Assembly: GCA_964187785.1 (NCBI GenBank)
Contig: OZ076409.1
Span: 4,652,001-4,716,000 of the forward strand
Length of the DNA stretch: 64,000 nucleotides
Origin: Amphiscolops sp. MND2022
Lineage: Eukaryota
Direction of reading: 5' to 3'
Part shown: positions 1-13,379 of the stretch, piece after piece
Numbering within the stretch: the first letter of the stretch is position 1
Layout: each line of letters opens with the position of its first letter
The notes under the pieces: generated by a model
Told to the model about the DNA's origin: nothing
Seen by the model: the letters and a program-made list of their open reading frames with translations, nothing else
Database searches by the model: none
Position numbers and translations under genes: made by a program

Positions 1-2091
1 AATCCCTTCAGGAATTGGTAGTAGCCATTCATGTTTTCACCGGTTACAGCGAAGTTACAGTGTTTGCTGGTTTCCGGTGCTAGTTTCATCTGTCCGTAGG
101 CATAATCTAGATCTATCACGGATATCCAAATTGGATCGTGGTTGTTTCTTGATAGTTCGGCGGATATTTGGTTCAGTAATTTTTCCATATTTGGCATGTG
201 CGGTCTTTTTTTCTCACAGCTATAGTTCAGTTTGCGTGCATCTAGTACAATTTTTACTGTCTTGTCTTTCTTTACCGTAATCACTAGGGTGATACGAAAC
301 AGTTTTCTTCGATTGTTTCTAGTCTTTCGAGATGTCCGGACTTTATTAGTCGATCTAGTTCAATTTTTACACTTTTCTGGAGGTGGTATGGTATTGGTCT
401 GGTTTTTTGTTTTATGGGGTAGCATTCCGGTTTTATTTGGACTTTCACTTCCGCGTTTTTAATCGTATGGTTTGTTTCGAATAGTTCGTGGAATTTTGTG
501 TGGATTTCCTTGGATTGGTTGTTCTGTTCGTCCAATAGGATTTTGTAAATGGTAATTGGTAGTTGTTTAAGCCAGTTCACACCTAGTAATGGTGTGATGT
601 CGTCTCTTTGTGTGATAAGTATTGGTAACTTTTTAATTTCGCCATTGTATTCAATATTCGCCCATATTTTTCCCAAAAACTTGATCTCATTTTTGTTTAC
701 GTCTTGATATCTTTCTTTCAGTGGGTGTATGTCTCTTGGTTTGTATAGCTTTGGTTTATATGGCATGATAGTGACCGGAGTTCCGGTGTTGATGGTAAAG
801 TTTTGATATTTCCCAATAATTTTCAATTTGATACCGTAATTGTCGTTTTTGTCTGGTAGTATTTTGTTGAATTGGGTTATTTGTTGGATTTCTTCCGGTT
901 CACTCTCTTCTTCTTCGCTGTTTGCCGCTTCGAGGTAATTAACTCTTTGTCTTCTTGCATTGTCTGTTTTGCTGCGGCACACTCTCGCGAAGTGTCCTAT
1001 TTTGTGGCAGTTGTTGCATTCTACGGTCTTCGCTGAGCATTTGTGTTGTGGGGACCAATTTTGTTGTCCGCAAATTCCTCCACAGTTGTTATTTTTTGTT
1101 GTCTTTTCGGTGTTCTTCCGGTGGTTTGTTTATCTCGCAGTTGTATTTTTTTGTATTGGTTCTTCTTTTATTTCCTTTTCTTTTGCGAGTACTGGGGGGA
1201 TTGTCGATTGTTTATGTCTCTTGTCGTAACTGTCTGGGTTACTGAATCCACGGTGATTTTTAAATTCACTGTGTTTTCTCGGATTAGTTTTTCCCGTAGT
1301 TTCTTGTCGGTAATGCTGGTAATGAATTTTGATACTAGTAGGTCTTCCTGTTTGATATCTTTGAACTCGCAATCTTTTTCTAGTGATACTACTTTTCGCC
1401 AATGGTCCTCCAGTGTTTCATTTTCTTCCTCTTTCGCCCAGAAGAAGTCTCCGCGATTGTGGTAGGTATTGTGTTTCGGCATGTAGTAATCTTTGAAAAG
1501 CTGTGTTATTTTTCGGTGTTGATCGTGTCTGGGTCGGTGTTAAATTCTCCTTTTGAATTTCTATTGCGGATGGTCCGGCGCCCCAGATAAAATCTAGTCT
1601 TATGTGGTCTCTATTGTGGGTTCTTTTTCCGTCCATCCATTGTTCGTGAGCATTGTTTCGCCGGATAAAGACGGTTTTATGTCGATGTCATGGATCCGTT
1701 TGATATAGTGTCTCATTCGTTCGGTCCATTCTTTGGGAGTATATAATTTCTTTCCGTCGAGTCCAGTGTCTTCAAGGTAAGGTAGTAGTATGTTGTTTGT
1801 GGTTGTTGTTGCCATTGTTTCTTTTGTTGGGTAAAATGGGTTTTTACACGGTAAAATTGATATCTTGTTTACTGTGCCATGTTGTATTCTGGTATTCTAC
1901 AGTTAAAACAAGGTTCTGTTTTAAGACTTTAACTCAGATCTCTTTCAGTATCAAGTTATCTCAATCTATTCTAACAGCAAAGTGACAGCAATTAGTGTTT
2001 TGTTGGTAAGTAACCGAGTCTCTCTGTCTAAGTCCGTATGTTACGGTAAGTGTTAAATCTACGGTAGAGGTCATGATGATAGCATGCCACA
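1..2091 (-). mobile_element. Ty3/Gypsy LTR retrotransposon, 5' part (LTR, PBS, gag, protease, start of RT), degenerate and truncated by the window edge
   Basis: Minus strand: candidate LTR 2091-1880 (TGTGG...CAACA) followed directly by PBS TGGCACAGTAAACAAGAT. Gag fragments from 1815 with zinc knuckle CNNCHKIGHFARVC. Protease INTGTPVTIM...LLGVNWL. RT N-terminus RPIPYHL...FVSP, continuing out of frame as VLDARKLN...IDLDYAYGQMKL to position 1. Multiple frameshifts. Confidence 0.9.
1880..2091 (-). repeat. 5' LTR (~212 bp) of the left Gypsy element
   Basis: TG...CA termini with short inverted ends and an adjacent TGG-initiated PBS. The partner LTR lies outside the window, so the outer boundary is inferred. 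Confidence 0.65.
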
Positions 2092-2927
2092 GGGGCCATT
2101 TCATTACGACTTTAGTTTGTTCCAGGCGTGAATTTCTGCTATTTTAGACAATAATATCAAAAAATTATGGTAATTTTTTACCTGATGTGTCCAAACAGTT
2201 GTAGAGACAATCTTCTAAGTATTTACAATCATATAAGATTCTCTTATTAATGAATTATTTTTATTCAAGAACAAAAAGTGCTTTCGTGTTGTTGGGGGGG
2301 GGGATTCCCAACAAGGTGTACCTGGTGGTAAATACGAAACATGGTCCCCTTTTTTCAATCAATTCAATTTCGAGACTGACTTTCAAGTTTTCAACCAGAA
2401 GTGAAAGACTCATATCTGTTACTTTTCAAAAGCAATGTTTTCCTCGAATTCCAGTCGAAGAATCTACTTCATAACCTTTTTGAGACCTTTGCAATTCGCG
2501 GGGTAATTATGTACTGAGCCATGAAGTGGTTAATTTTTTCAGTTCTGATAGAAAACAAAACTGATGACTTGTTTCAGCAACGTCAAACGACATTTGTTGG
2601 GAATGAATCATTGGAAAATTACGTAAAGAGAAATATTTTCAACCAGCCAAAATGAAATTGAAGTGAAAGAATTTCCACTTGGAAAAACTTAAGTGGTTTG
2701 AGAAATCTTCTGCCGAGACTCACTTGAACTTCAAGCTAAATATTACTCAATTATCGCTGTTATGTCAATCAATCAAATCCCAATAGAAAAAATAAGCCAT
2801 CACGAAATAATATCAGAAGAGAGGTAGATCAATGCTATTCCGAATAATACAACATCGAAATAATTCAAATATTCAGAAAAGCAAAAATTCACGCTTGAAA
2901 TAATCTAGAATAGTATAGCATTTGTAA

Positions 2928-3054
2928 TTCAAGTGAAACAAAAGTGAACTTCAAGTGAAACAAATGGGAAATTCAAGTAAAACAGTGTATAAACAGAAAT
3001 TCAAGTGAAACACTAGACATTCAAGTGAAACAAAACGAAAATTCAAGTGAAACA
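2928..3054. repeat. Irregular minisatellite, six copies of TTCAAGT(G/A)AAACA
   Basis: Copies at ~2928, 2950, 2972, 3000, 3020 and 3042 with short variable linkers. Confidence 0.8.
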
Positions 3055-4390
3055 TTTCATACTTCATTTCAATTCCGTTTCAAAATTGAATAATATTACG
3101 TTATTCCAATAATAAATAATAATAATTACAATAAAACTGTATTCCAAGTTTGATGAGGAGATGAAAGCAGCAGCAGCAGCAATTGAAATATTGGGCGGAA
3201 ATCCATTCATCACATTGAAGGATCTTAATTTAGCTTTTCATACAAGCCTGTCGTATCTTCGAAAACGTTGGCCAATTCATTGGAAGGCCTGGCGTATACG
3301 TACATTGAAAAAGGCTCGAGATGTAACTGCCGAGAGGAGTACGACCGAGGTGAAAGAATATCGTTACATCTACGCTGAGTGGCTCACCAGTTTACAAGTA
3401 GTGAACTCTCACAAGTTTTAAACATACATGAGTTCGGCGTCAATATTCATACCAGACGCAATAAGTGCTTAAGGGGGACCAGAACTTTTCGAACAGTGTC
3501 CGGGCAGACAGGCCATACGTTACGTAGTTCTGCATCTAGGATTTTTTATTATTATGTGTTATACCAGAGAACGGTAATATTACTGTTCAAACTGGAACAT
3601 ACAGATGTTAGAAATTGGTTGCACTTCATGTCTTACGTTACTTAAAAGTAGCTCTTTTCTCTAGCTTGAAACATTCAGATATGCTGAAAAACGGAAAATG
3701 TTTTGTCATTCAGAAAATTTTCTAATTCAAGAAAAGTGGCACAGTGCTGTAGAACGAAAGAGCAGACCCTTTAGGCTTGAAACACGCAGAATCTCAACTG
3801 GAAACAACAACAAAAAAGAAAAAAGACCCCAAAGGAAATGACAATTTCATTTTTGGAAAAGTTTCGCAACGCCGAAAAACCACACTTTGGATAATTTTTG
3901 CTCGTATAAACTTTTTAAACTGAATTGAAAAGCATCGTATTTTAAAAGGCCTGAAACGTCCTTACCACGCCGTTCCCTCGTTTTTTAAAGTGTTCACTTA
4001 TTAACTTCAAGCCCTGGCACCAACTTAAACTGAAGTTTCAACTAAATGGTTTTATGTTTTTGATTCAAGCCTTTTAATGATAGCAATAAAAGTCTCCTAT
4101 TAAAAGTCTTTCGATTTTTTTCTTCCATTGACGTCACAAGAAGAAAGAAGTTACTTAAACAAAACTCTTATTAGACTTTCATTTCTCTTTGTAAAATTTT
4201 AAAAAATTTCAAAAAACACATCGATTACGTAAGGAACGGTCGCTTGCTTGAGTGAAGAACTGTGTGTGCGCTCGCCATACAAATCGCACATTGAACATTA
4301 GCATTGCCTCATTTCAAAAGTGAAACATTTCAACGTTTTGAAACATTTAAAACATTGTTACTTCCTGTTTTATTTTGCCGAAAACTTATC

Positions 4391-5212
4391 ATGTCGGTAA
4401 GAGCTGAAGCACAACAAGACAGGGAACTACTGGCCAACATTCAGGATGAAGGTTTGCGGCATTATCTGGAAAAACTCTCGGAGAAGGTTGATCAAAATCA
4501 TTCTGATACAAACAAAAGGTTGGACGAACTTTTCAAACTTTATGATGATATAAATGAGCGGCTTCGAGCACAAGAGAGATACTCAAGTAAAGATTCTCTC
4601 ATTATCAACAATCCCCCTTTTGACCCGAGGGATGAAAAAAATCTTTTGAAAAACATATTGGAATTCATCACTGGTACCTTAAAAGTTCGAGATGTAGATA
4701 GATACAGCTTCAAAGCCTATCACTTGCTACCACGTCCATATCTCCCAGATAACTTGATGCTACCCATAATAATGAAGTTTGTTTACTTCAATGACAAAGA
4801 CAGAGTTTTTGCGGCGAGAAAACTTCTCAAAAAAGTTAAAAATACAATAAATGGGAAAAATATCTATATCAACGAACGCCTCCCATCCTTCGATAATCAA
4901 CTAAAGAAAGACGCTGAAGCCTTGAACTACATAACGACAACACGGAACTGTATTGTATCAGTCTTGTGTGAAAAAGCAGATGGAACCAAGCTGTTTATTC
5001 CCATCAAAAGTGCAGAAGACCTCAAAGCATTGCGGAACCCTGTTGAAAGATCTGCCAATTTGTATGGAAGTGCTCCAGAAACTGCAGCGAAGAGAAAATT
5101 TAGCGTGATAAAAAACGATGAGGAGAAAATAATGATGATTTTTGCGTCCATGTCACCCGAACAAAAGAAAGTTTTCTTGGAGAAAGCCAAAGCTGATAAC
5201 GAAAACAACTGA
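4391..5212 (+). CDS. LINE ORF1 protein (coiled coil + RRM-like)
   Basis: Intact frame from ATG 4391: heptad-like N-terminus, RLRAQERYSSKDSLII, PIIMKFVYFNDKDRVF, KNIYINERL. These motifs are typical of ORF1 in CR1/L2/Jockey-type LINEs, and it lies upstream of ORF2. Confidence 0.8.
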   Translation: MSVRAEAQQDRELLANIQDEGLRHYLEKLSEKVDQNHSDTNKRLDELFKLYDDINERLRAQERYSSKDSLIINNPPFDPRDEKNLLKNILEFITGTLKVRDVDRYSFKAYHLLPRPYLPDNLMLPIIMKFVYFNDKDRVFAARKLLKKVKNTINGKNIYINERLPSFDNQLKKDAEALNYITTTRNCIVSVLCEKADGTKLFIPIKSAEDLKALRNPVERSANLYGSAPETAAKRKFSVIKNDEEKIMMIFASMSPEQKKVFLEKAKADNENN

Positions 5213-5789
5213 ATATAGAAAGAAAACTAAACTTTCTCTATATAAACATAAACAATTAGGCATTTGTGTTCCTTATTTAATCTAAACTTGGATAAAAGAG
5301 CAAATTATTACTCTCTTTGAAATCATGATGAAAACTTAGGGTATAAATAAAAAAAAAACGATTGTACAATTAATCTTATAACGTTTTTGCATTTATTCGT
5401 TTGCTTTTCATGTCTTTTTATGTGGGGACGATTCTCCGTTTCCCACAGCAGCGATTCTCCGCTGCCCAAGAAAAAAAAACAAAAGAAAAAGGCGAAAAAG
5501 AAGAAAAATTTCGAAATGTAGTAGAGACGATTCTCCGTCTTTGCTGTTTTCTGTTTTTCATACTTTTTTTTCTCTATTCAAAACAACATTTGCCAAATTT
5601 CTGCATGTGACCCAGGCGATTGGCATGACATAGGCGCACATCAGTTCTTTGTTGCAACAAATTCGACTTTCACTTTGCAAGAAACCAACAAGAGACAAAA
5701 ACACTAAAAACACTGCCGCCTTGTAACGAAAAAAAAAATAAACCAAAAGTTTGACTGCAAATTTGAAAAACCAAAACTTCGAGAACTGT

Positions 5790-8560
5790 ATGGTAGAGGG
5801 GTTGACATTTTTCTATAATAATATAAGATCAGTATCAACAAACTTAGGTGATCTAGAAATTTTGATAGCAGAATCAAAACCATCTGTTATCGCACTAACT
5901 GAAACGTGGTTTAAGAACGAAAATGATGTAGAACTTTATAGCATAGACGGATACCACAGACCATTTACCAGTACTAGGAATAAAAGACGAGGTGGAGGAG
6001 TAGCAATTTATGTTACGTTAGACTTGGAAGCAGAACTAATACACACTGATGAGATACATGAGTCAGTATCAGTAAAAATTAGTGACTCCAAAAAGAAAAA
6101 GAAAATCACTGTTTCTTGTTTTTACTGTGAACCTTCCAGAAACAGAAACCAGTATCTAGAACACGTTGAAGAAGTGTTGATGAAAAATGGCGACGGTTTA
6201 CAAATAGCATGTGGTGACTTCAATATTGATCTCTTGAACGTGTCCCTTGCAGCACGGGTAACGCTAGAATACTTGATGTCTTCACAAGGACTTGATTTGG
6301 TTAGTTTGAGAGAACCTACTAGAGAAACTGCTACATCAAGTACATGTATAGATTCGATATACAGCAATGTTCCTGTTCAACGATCCCTGATAGTAAAGAC
6401 TACATTCTCTGATCACTACAGCTTGAAGTTGGATATCAATATATACCATGAGGTCGTAGAAAACATCTATGAATTTAGATCCTTGAAAAAATTAGAAGAT
6501 CCTCTCTACTGTGAAAAGTTTCTCTTTTACTTGAGTCATTCTCTGGGGAAAATTGATGAGGTAAACACAGAAGCCGAAGCATATCTTGATAAGGTTGCAC
6601 AACTACTTCACGATGCCACAGACAAATACTTTCCGCTAAATAAAGTAAAAAGACGCGTTTGCAAAAAAACATGGATAACAAATCGTATAAAACGGCAAAT
6701 AGCTACTAGAGATAAACTGTACCAGCTATGGATCAAAACAAAAACAGAGCTTGATCACGAAAAATACAAAAAGAAACGGAATGAAGTCAACATGGAGATT
6801 AAAATTGCAAAACGAAATGAAGTTCAAAACAAAATTGAGCAAAATAATCCAAAAGAACTGTACAGACATATTAAAAAAATGAAAGGAACTGACACCCAAG
6901 TGAAAAATTTTGGAGGACTATCTGTTGAAGACTTCAATAAATATTTCGTCACTGCTTGTGATAAACAAAATAACACGTCCGCTCCTAAATGGAAAAGTCA
7001 GCAAGTTGACCAACCGCAATCTATGTTTCTACGTCCAGTAAATGATGATGAAATATTGAAAATTATCGCAACATTGAAAAACAAAAAATCTGTTGGAAAA
7101 GATGGTGTAGATGTCAGAGTTTTAAAGAAAGCGGCACAAATTGTTAGTCCTTACCTAAAAACTGCCTTTAATAAATGCATTTCAGAAGGAGTTTTCCCCC
7201 AAAGTATGAAAATTGCCAAAGTAGTTCCAATTTTTAAAGCCGGAGAAAAAAATTTACCTTCAAATTACAGACCAATTTCAATTTTGGGTAATTTATCAAA
7301 AGTATTTGAGAAAGTAATCCACGAAAGATTGATGAACTATCTAGAAAAGTTTTCACTCCTTTCGGAAAATCAATACGGATTCAGGAAAAAGAAAAATTGT
7401 ATCCAAGCAGCAACATCGCTATATAAAAAAAATAGAAGAAAATTGGCAATCCAAAGCCAAAACGAACTGCATTTTTGTCGACTTCAGGAAAGCATTTGAT
7501 TCAGTTGATCACAAAATCTTGTTAAAAAAGTTGTACCATTATGGTATTAGAGGGATTCCTCATAAGCTCTTGGAAAATTATCTGGCAAATAGATTTCAGT
7601 ATGTTAAAATTGAAAATGAATGTTCAAAAATGGGATCGATAAAACGTGGAGTACCACAGGGATCTATTCTTGGCCCACTTTTGTTTCTTGTATATATTAA
7701 TGACCTGGGTGCAGATGAAAATTGGCAGAGCGAAGTTGTAAAATATGCTGATGACACAGTTATGATAGAAAAATTAAACTCTAGATCAGATGACAAAAGT
7801 TTATTTCAAAGCTGGCTGAATGAAAATGATGTTGACTGTAATTACATGAAAACGAAGTTTGTTGTTTTCGAGAAGAGATCAGTAAATCATCCAAATATAG
7901 CAATTGGGGATCATGAAATTTCCTCATGTGAAAACTACAAGTACTTGGGCATACATTTTGATAAAAAATTGAACTTTGAAGTGCACATTAGTAAAATCAC
8001 TGGGAAACTTGCACGACAGAGTGGAATGCTTTACAAATTAAGAGAAACACTGAACAAAAGACAGTTAGTACAATACATCCGATCATATATATCGCCAATT
8101 ATTCAATATGGGGTTCTTTTGTATGGTTTAAGCCCGAAAACAAGACTACAAAAAATCATGTTACTTCAAAAAAAAATAATTCGGACTTCCACCAAGGGCT
8201 AGTGTAATGGCAAAATTTAAAGAGCTAAAAATTGGCACAGTTTTTGAATACCATATATACGAAGTTTTCAAGTACTCTATTAATGAGATTCGAAATGGTT
8301 TCAAAAATTTGAAGATTGGGGCTCAAACCAGGCAGACAAGAAACAGAAGTCTAAACGTTTGGAACTTCGCTGCAAAAACTGATCGGCTAGATTCTCATGC
8401 AATAATACTAATGAATTGTTTACGCAAGTGGGGTGTCTTGCCGTCCGAGGAAAATATATGTGAAATGGATGAAAAGCAGGTTCAAAACTTCTATCACCAA
8501 ATTTCAGATCTATATATTTTTGGCAACGGTGAACTGATCGATCTCCTCTACAATAGATAA
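5790..8560 (+). pseudogene. LINE ORF2 (APE endonuclease + reverse transcriptase), two frameshifts
   Basis: EN motifs YNNIRS, IALTETW, GGGVAIY, GDFNID, CIDSIY, SDHY. RT motifs NYRPISIL, QYGFR, FVDFRKAFDSVDH (after a frameshift in the A-run at ~7425), GVPQGSILGPLLF, YADD. Second break at ~8185. Confidence 0.92.
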
Positions 8561-9527
8561 ATAAGTGTCAAACCTCTACCTCAACCAAGTTTCTGTTTTA
8601 ACCAATAACGCATACCTTTTTGTTGTAAAAAAGGATTCCTCACGAAAAGCCTTTGTGCTTGTAGGAATTCTTTTCAGGGGCTTTTATATATATATATATA
8701 TATATATTTTTACTTTGAAATTATGGAACATGTATAACGCCACCTGATAAATTCAATTATTATTATTATAAATTTTAAAATCTTTATTTTCACTCGTTGG
8801 GTTTGGAATTAGACAAAATTCTCTGACTCAGCGTGCACGGACATGAACAAAAGCTATTTGGTTCAAAAACTTTCTGTCTGCAGTTTTTTCCAGTATGACG
8901 TATTTATTGCTCTCAAACATGACTAGCAAAAAAGCAATTTTTCTCTTAGACAAGCCTCCTTCACAACTGAAGAGACCCGTGTGAAATAAAAATTGGTAAA
9001 AGCCTGAAAAATTGTGTCTCTGGTACTAGGAACCTGATGGCAACATCGTAGACGTAGGGATTAACCAATTCAAACACCGTCTATACAATTTTACTTCAGC
9101 AATTTTTTTTAATTTTTCAATGAATTTTTGTTCTTCAATGAATTTTTTTAGCGGAGTTCTATTTAGTCGGCTCTTTTCGAAGGGAAGATTCGACTATGGA
9201 AGTGGCGTTTTTTAAGTTTGGCTCACTGACAACTTTTTATGAGCAAACTTTTATAAGCTGTAGCTTAGTAACTTCTAACAAGCTTGCAGGTAATCCCTTA
9301 TTTCTGAGATCTCAGAAGCAGGTATATGTGGGTTCGAATCTCGTACTGAACCAAAATACTTTTAATGCTAGCAGAAGTAGAGAGGAAACCATAGGGTATC
9401 CCCTTTTGTTTTTTTTTCAGTTTTTTGCGACTTTGTTCTGACGTTTTTTCAACTGATTTTTAGCAGAAAGAGAGCGTTTTGCGAGCATGGAGTTCTACTT
9501 GGAGTTTTTTGGCACTATGCAAACTTG

Positions 9528-9971
9528 TTTTCAGTCAGCGCTTTTTCTCTTGAGGAATAAAGCCCGACTGTTACAGTGGGTAGTTTTTTTTCAGCTGAAT
9601 CTCACTCTGAATGGTCCACTTTTCTTACAACTCTTACAATCTAACAATTTCTTACAATTCTTAACTAGCTTACGAAGTAGTATTTTAGAAACTCAACGGG
9701 GCCAAAGTGTTTTCGGCTCTGTGAGATTTTTTTTTCGAAAAATGAAATTTTCACCGAAGGGTTCCCTTCAATTTTCTGATATTTTCCAACAGAATGGATG
9801 TTGAAAAATGCTAAAGGGTCCCCCCTTTCAGTTTTTTTCGGCATTGTGAGACTTTTTTCAAATTTTGTTTTCATAAAAGGGTCCCCAATTCACCAATACT
9901 TTGACATTTTGAAGTCCTTTTGCTTTTTTGAGCCTTAGATATGGGCCGACTTGGGCCGCTCCCGGCTTGTT
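9528..9971 (+). mobile_element. HINE/DINE-1-like non-autonomous element, family A copy
   Basis: 5' TTTCAGTCAGCG...CCGACT hairpin; 3' GAGCCTTAGATATGGGCCGACTTGGGCCGCTCCCGGCTTGTT. Confidence 0.7.
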
Positions 9972-10145
9972 TGTTTTTTGTTTGTCTTCAGTCACTATGC
10001 ATTGTCCACTTTTAAGAATCTCATTACAGCTTGAGAACGAAACGACCACTTGGCTTAGTGGGTGAGTGCGTGAACGCTAAGGAAAAGCGCAAGAGTTCAA
10101 AAACAGGATGGACATTTTTATCTGACTTTGCAAAAGTTAACGAGA

Positions 10146-12523
10146 TGTAACGTCCAGCAGCCTTATCACAGAACACCTGCCAGAACTTTCCCAAAATTTC
10201 GAAGCACCACAGAAAATAAAAATGTCCGACCTGGCAGGTACTTGAAATCATACAGGAAGACAGAAAAGCAGCAAAAGAGGACCCGCCCAGCAGCTTTCAG
10301 CAAGAAACAAAATACACCCCGTGGAAACAATGAGGAGCGCGAAAGTGACGACAGCAACCGGAAGAAACTTCCAGAAATGCCAAAATCACGCGGTTACGCC
10401 AGAAAACCCAGTAACTACAGTGTTTGCTTCATCCGGTGTGCAACATCACGTAACTCAAGGTCTCGGTGAGACTTTGATTCCACGTTTTATTGCAGTAATT
10501 TCCTCAACGGTGCATTGTTTCAGGTATTTGGAAGTGTACGATCTGTTAGATCCTGTATTTCCAGTGTATTTCCAGCTAACCACCGTTTTTGTACTTTGGA
10601 AGAATGTAAAAAGTCGCATGAACCCTAGTAATTGTTTTTAGAGGCTTGTGGGACGTATCCTGACTTCGAGAGTGCCGGCATGTTGGCATGGAGTTGTAAA
10701 ATGAGGTGCTTCTTTGACGTATGAAAGGTACCCCCGGTAGACTTTTTTGAGTGCAATGCTAGCGTTTAGGTCTGTAGTAAGACTATGGTCTCCTGTCTAA
10801 GCAACCTAGGCACTGTTCCAGTTCTAGGATGTACGCTGCTAGCTTGACGTTACATCTAGAATCGTTTCATTGGCGACCAGAGAGGAATACTTTCCATTAT
10901 TTTGTAGCACTTGGAGTTGTTCCTGCTTTCCAGCCCTGTAGGGTCCGGTTGTAGGAAAACTCATGGGAGGGTCCTAGATTTTTTACTTGCGTTTTTCGAG
11001 CCTGGTAGGTTTCCGTCTAACATAATACCTGAGTTTTCTGCGTGCTTGCAAGGTCTGCTAAGAGAAATTGACATTTGATAGAAAAAAACCCTAATGGACG
11101 GTGTAGTGGCTGGAGGAAATTCACATCCAGCTTAACCGGATTTTGTTTTGAAGGGCTCTGAATTTTGTTTCAGTTTGGCCCGGAGAGTACCTGTACTCTC
11201 CCGAGAAAAATCAACCCTGAGCGCGTTAGAACACCCGGAGCATCGAAGTTCTGAAAAATTCTTGGCCAGCAGCCGTGTTTTTAAAATTTTAATGATTCCG
11301 CTCGATCTGTTATTCAATGCCAAACACTGTTTTCATGATCTACCACAATGTCGGATTATTAACTTCTGTTGGTCCTGGTCTATCATCCTTACGATTTAAT
11401 CATTCGATAGAGAAAAATGCATTTTGTTATTCTCTCTTATCTATACACTGGTGCTTTATTCTATCATATCTGCCTCGTATACGTCGTGTCATAAAAAAGT
11501 GCAGTATTTTGTCCTTTCTTGTTTTGCCTGTTAGGCCATATAATTACAACACTTTGTGCAAATTTGAAGTACATCCGGAAAGAAGTGGAAAGGAACGCTC
11601 TGACAGAAATGGATCCTAATCACACATCACATCAGATGGACACAAATGTTTGAACTGAACCTATATTTCCAACATAAAAGAGCAAGGGTATCTTCTCGTT
11701 TTGTACTATTTTGGGTGCTTTATGACATTTGTCTCCTTATTGATGCTATCCATTAGTGCAGTTTCTGTTTGCCAAGCATTACGACACTTTTTTAAAAATT
11801 ACTGCAGTTACTTTACGCCCTGAAGTGCTATTGTGCATTTTATTAAACTTTACTTATCAAGGTTGGAGCCTAATCTATTCTTGTCAGTGCATTTTCTAGC
11901 TGTAGCGAAAGTGCTGGAATTTTTGGTGCGAGATCAAAATTTGGAAAACATTTTCAAAACAATGCTACGTGTCTAAAGTTGCTGATGCTTTTCGCGTGCT
12001 ACAAACCGTTGTTGATATAAAATCAGAAGGCTAGCAAAGAAAACTCATTTTATTTTTGGGCAGCGCCTTTTGTTTGGATTCCGAAGAGCAATGTTGATGG
12101 AACAGTATCACTGGATAATGACAACCAAGACGTGAAAGTCCACTCTCGCGAACTACAACAACGGGAGCGGGAGGATGTGATGTCCAGCAGCCTTGTCACA
12201 TAACACCTGTCAGAACTTTACCAAAATTTCGAAGTGCCGCACAAAACAAAACTGTCCGACCTCGCAGGTACTTGAAATCATACTGGTGGGACTTTTCCTA
12301 CGTCAAGGAGGCTCCTCGTTTTAGAGCTCCATAGAAACATGCCGGCACTCTCAAAGTCCGGACACGTCCCACAAGCCTGTGAAAACAACTACCAGGGTTT
12401 ATGCACAAAATTCCAAAGTGGGCAAAGCAATTGTCTAGGTTTGTAGTAAGAGTATGGTCTCCCGTTTAAGCAACTTCGGCACTGTTCCAGATCTAAGATG
12501 TACGCTGTTTGCTTGACGGTACA
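10146..12523 (+). mobile_element. Old internally deleted LTR element
   Basis: LTR1 10146-10854 with ends TGTAACGTC...GACGTTACA. PBS-like TGGCGACC at ~10871. Purine tract GGGAGCGGGAGGA before LTR2 12176-12523 (TGTGATGTC...GACGGTACA). Both ends of the two LTRs align with many mismatches. No clean TSD. Confidence 0.75.
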
Positions 12524-13379
12524 AGAAGAATGTAGCAAAACACCAAAAGTTTTTCCGACGCTGTGCCATTTTTTTTCCAGATTTAAAAAGTTCTAAACCA
12601 AAGGTAATTGCTTCAAGCGTTCGGTTCGGAATGAGTGTTTAGAAGTCTAAGGGGTCTCGTTTTGTAGTTTCGGCCTTAAGTGGTTTTTTTGAATGAGCAC
12701 TTTTTAGAACAGCTTTTTTTCGAAAACTTGGGTTTTTTCTATGTTTCCATTTCAGAAAAAGCTGTTTTCGAGTTTTTGTTGGGTTTTCGGCATCGTACGA
12801 TTTTTTTGACCAAAAAAGTTCATGAAAATTTCTGTTTTTCTATGAAAACGAAGATTAGCTTTAATAATCTTTTAAAAAAGAAGCCTCGAGTGTTTCAAGT
12901 TGTTTTGGCACGGTATGATTATTGAAAAGTTTCACAACAGTTGTCCTTGCAAAAGTCCCCCCGAGATTTTTTCGGCAACGTGCAACTGTTTCTAGTTTTT
13001 CTTTTCACTAGGGGTCTCCCCCTTTGGGTTTTCTATTCTTCAGCTTTCAAAATGTGTTCTGCAAGTCTGAAGGACCCTTGGGTAATTTCGGCAATGTGAA
13101 CCGTTCATGAAAAAGTTCATATCAACAAAAAATATCCATTTGAATTTTTTAAAAGTAGTTAGATAGAAAAAACTCTTTGTTTCACGGAATAGCTTTACCT
13201 TTAGGTTTTTCAGCATAGTAGGACTTCGTTTGAATATACAATATACCAATTGGTCCACCAGGGCGGAAGTTCGTATCTAATAAGAATCAATCTTCTTTTA
13301 AAATTTTTCTTCTCGTATTGACAACAAGACTTTCAAATCGCTCCTTCACATTTACTAGTGATAAGTCAAGATTTAATTC

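Larger units (their letters stand above)
4230..8769 (+). mobile_element. Near full-length non-LTR retrotransposon (LINE, CR1/L2-like)
   Basis: ORF1, a ~570-bp spacer, and ORF2 with APE endonuclease and RT. The 3' UTR has a stem-loop (~8630-8673) and a (TTA)n tail at ~8756-8769. The 5' end is approximate. Confidence 0.9.

Noticed and set aside
2928..3054. CRISPR-like repeat/spacer pattern
   Set aside because: The repeat is only 13 bp, linkers are 7-15 bp and related to each other, there are no cas genes, and the context is eukaryotic. It is a minisatellite.
3161..3645. Two short plus-strand ORFs upstream of the LINE
   Set aside because: No motifs; the first begins in a GCA microsatellite.
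9326..9345. tRNA or SINE suggested by B-box-like GGTTCGAATC (similar motif at ~59415)
   Set aside because: No A box at a suitable distance and no cloverleaf could be built; it lies inside a degenerate repeat.
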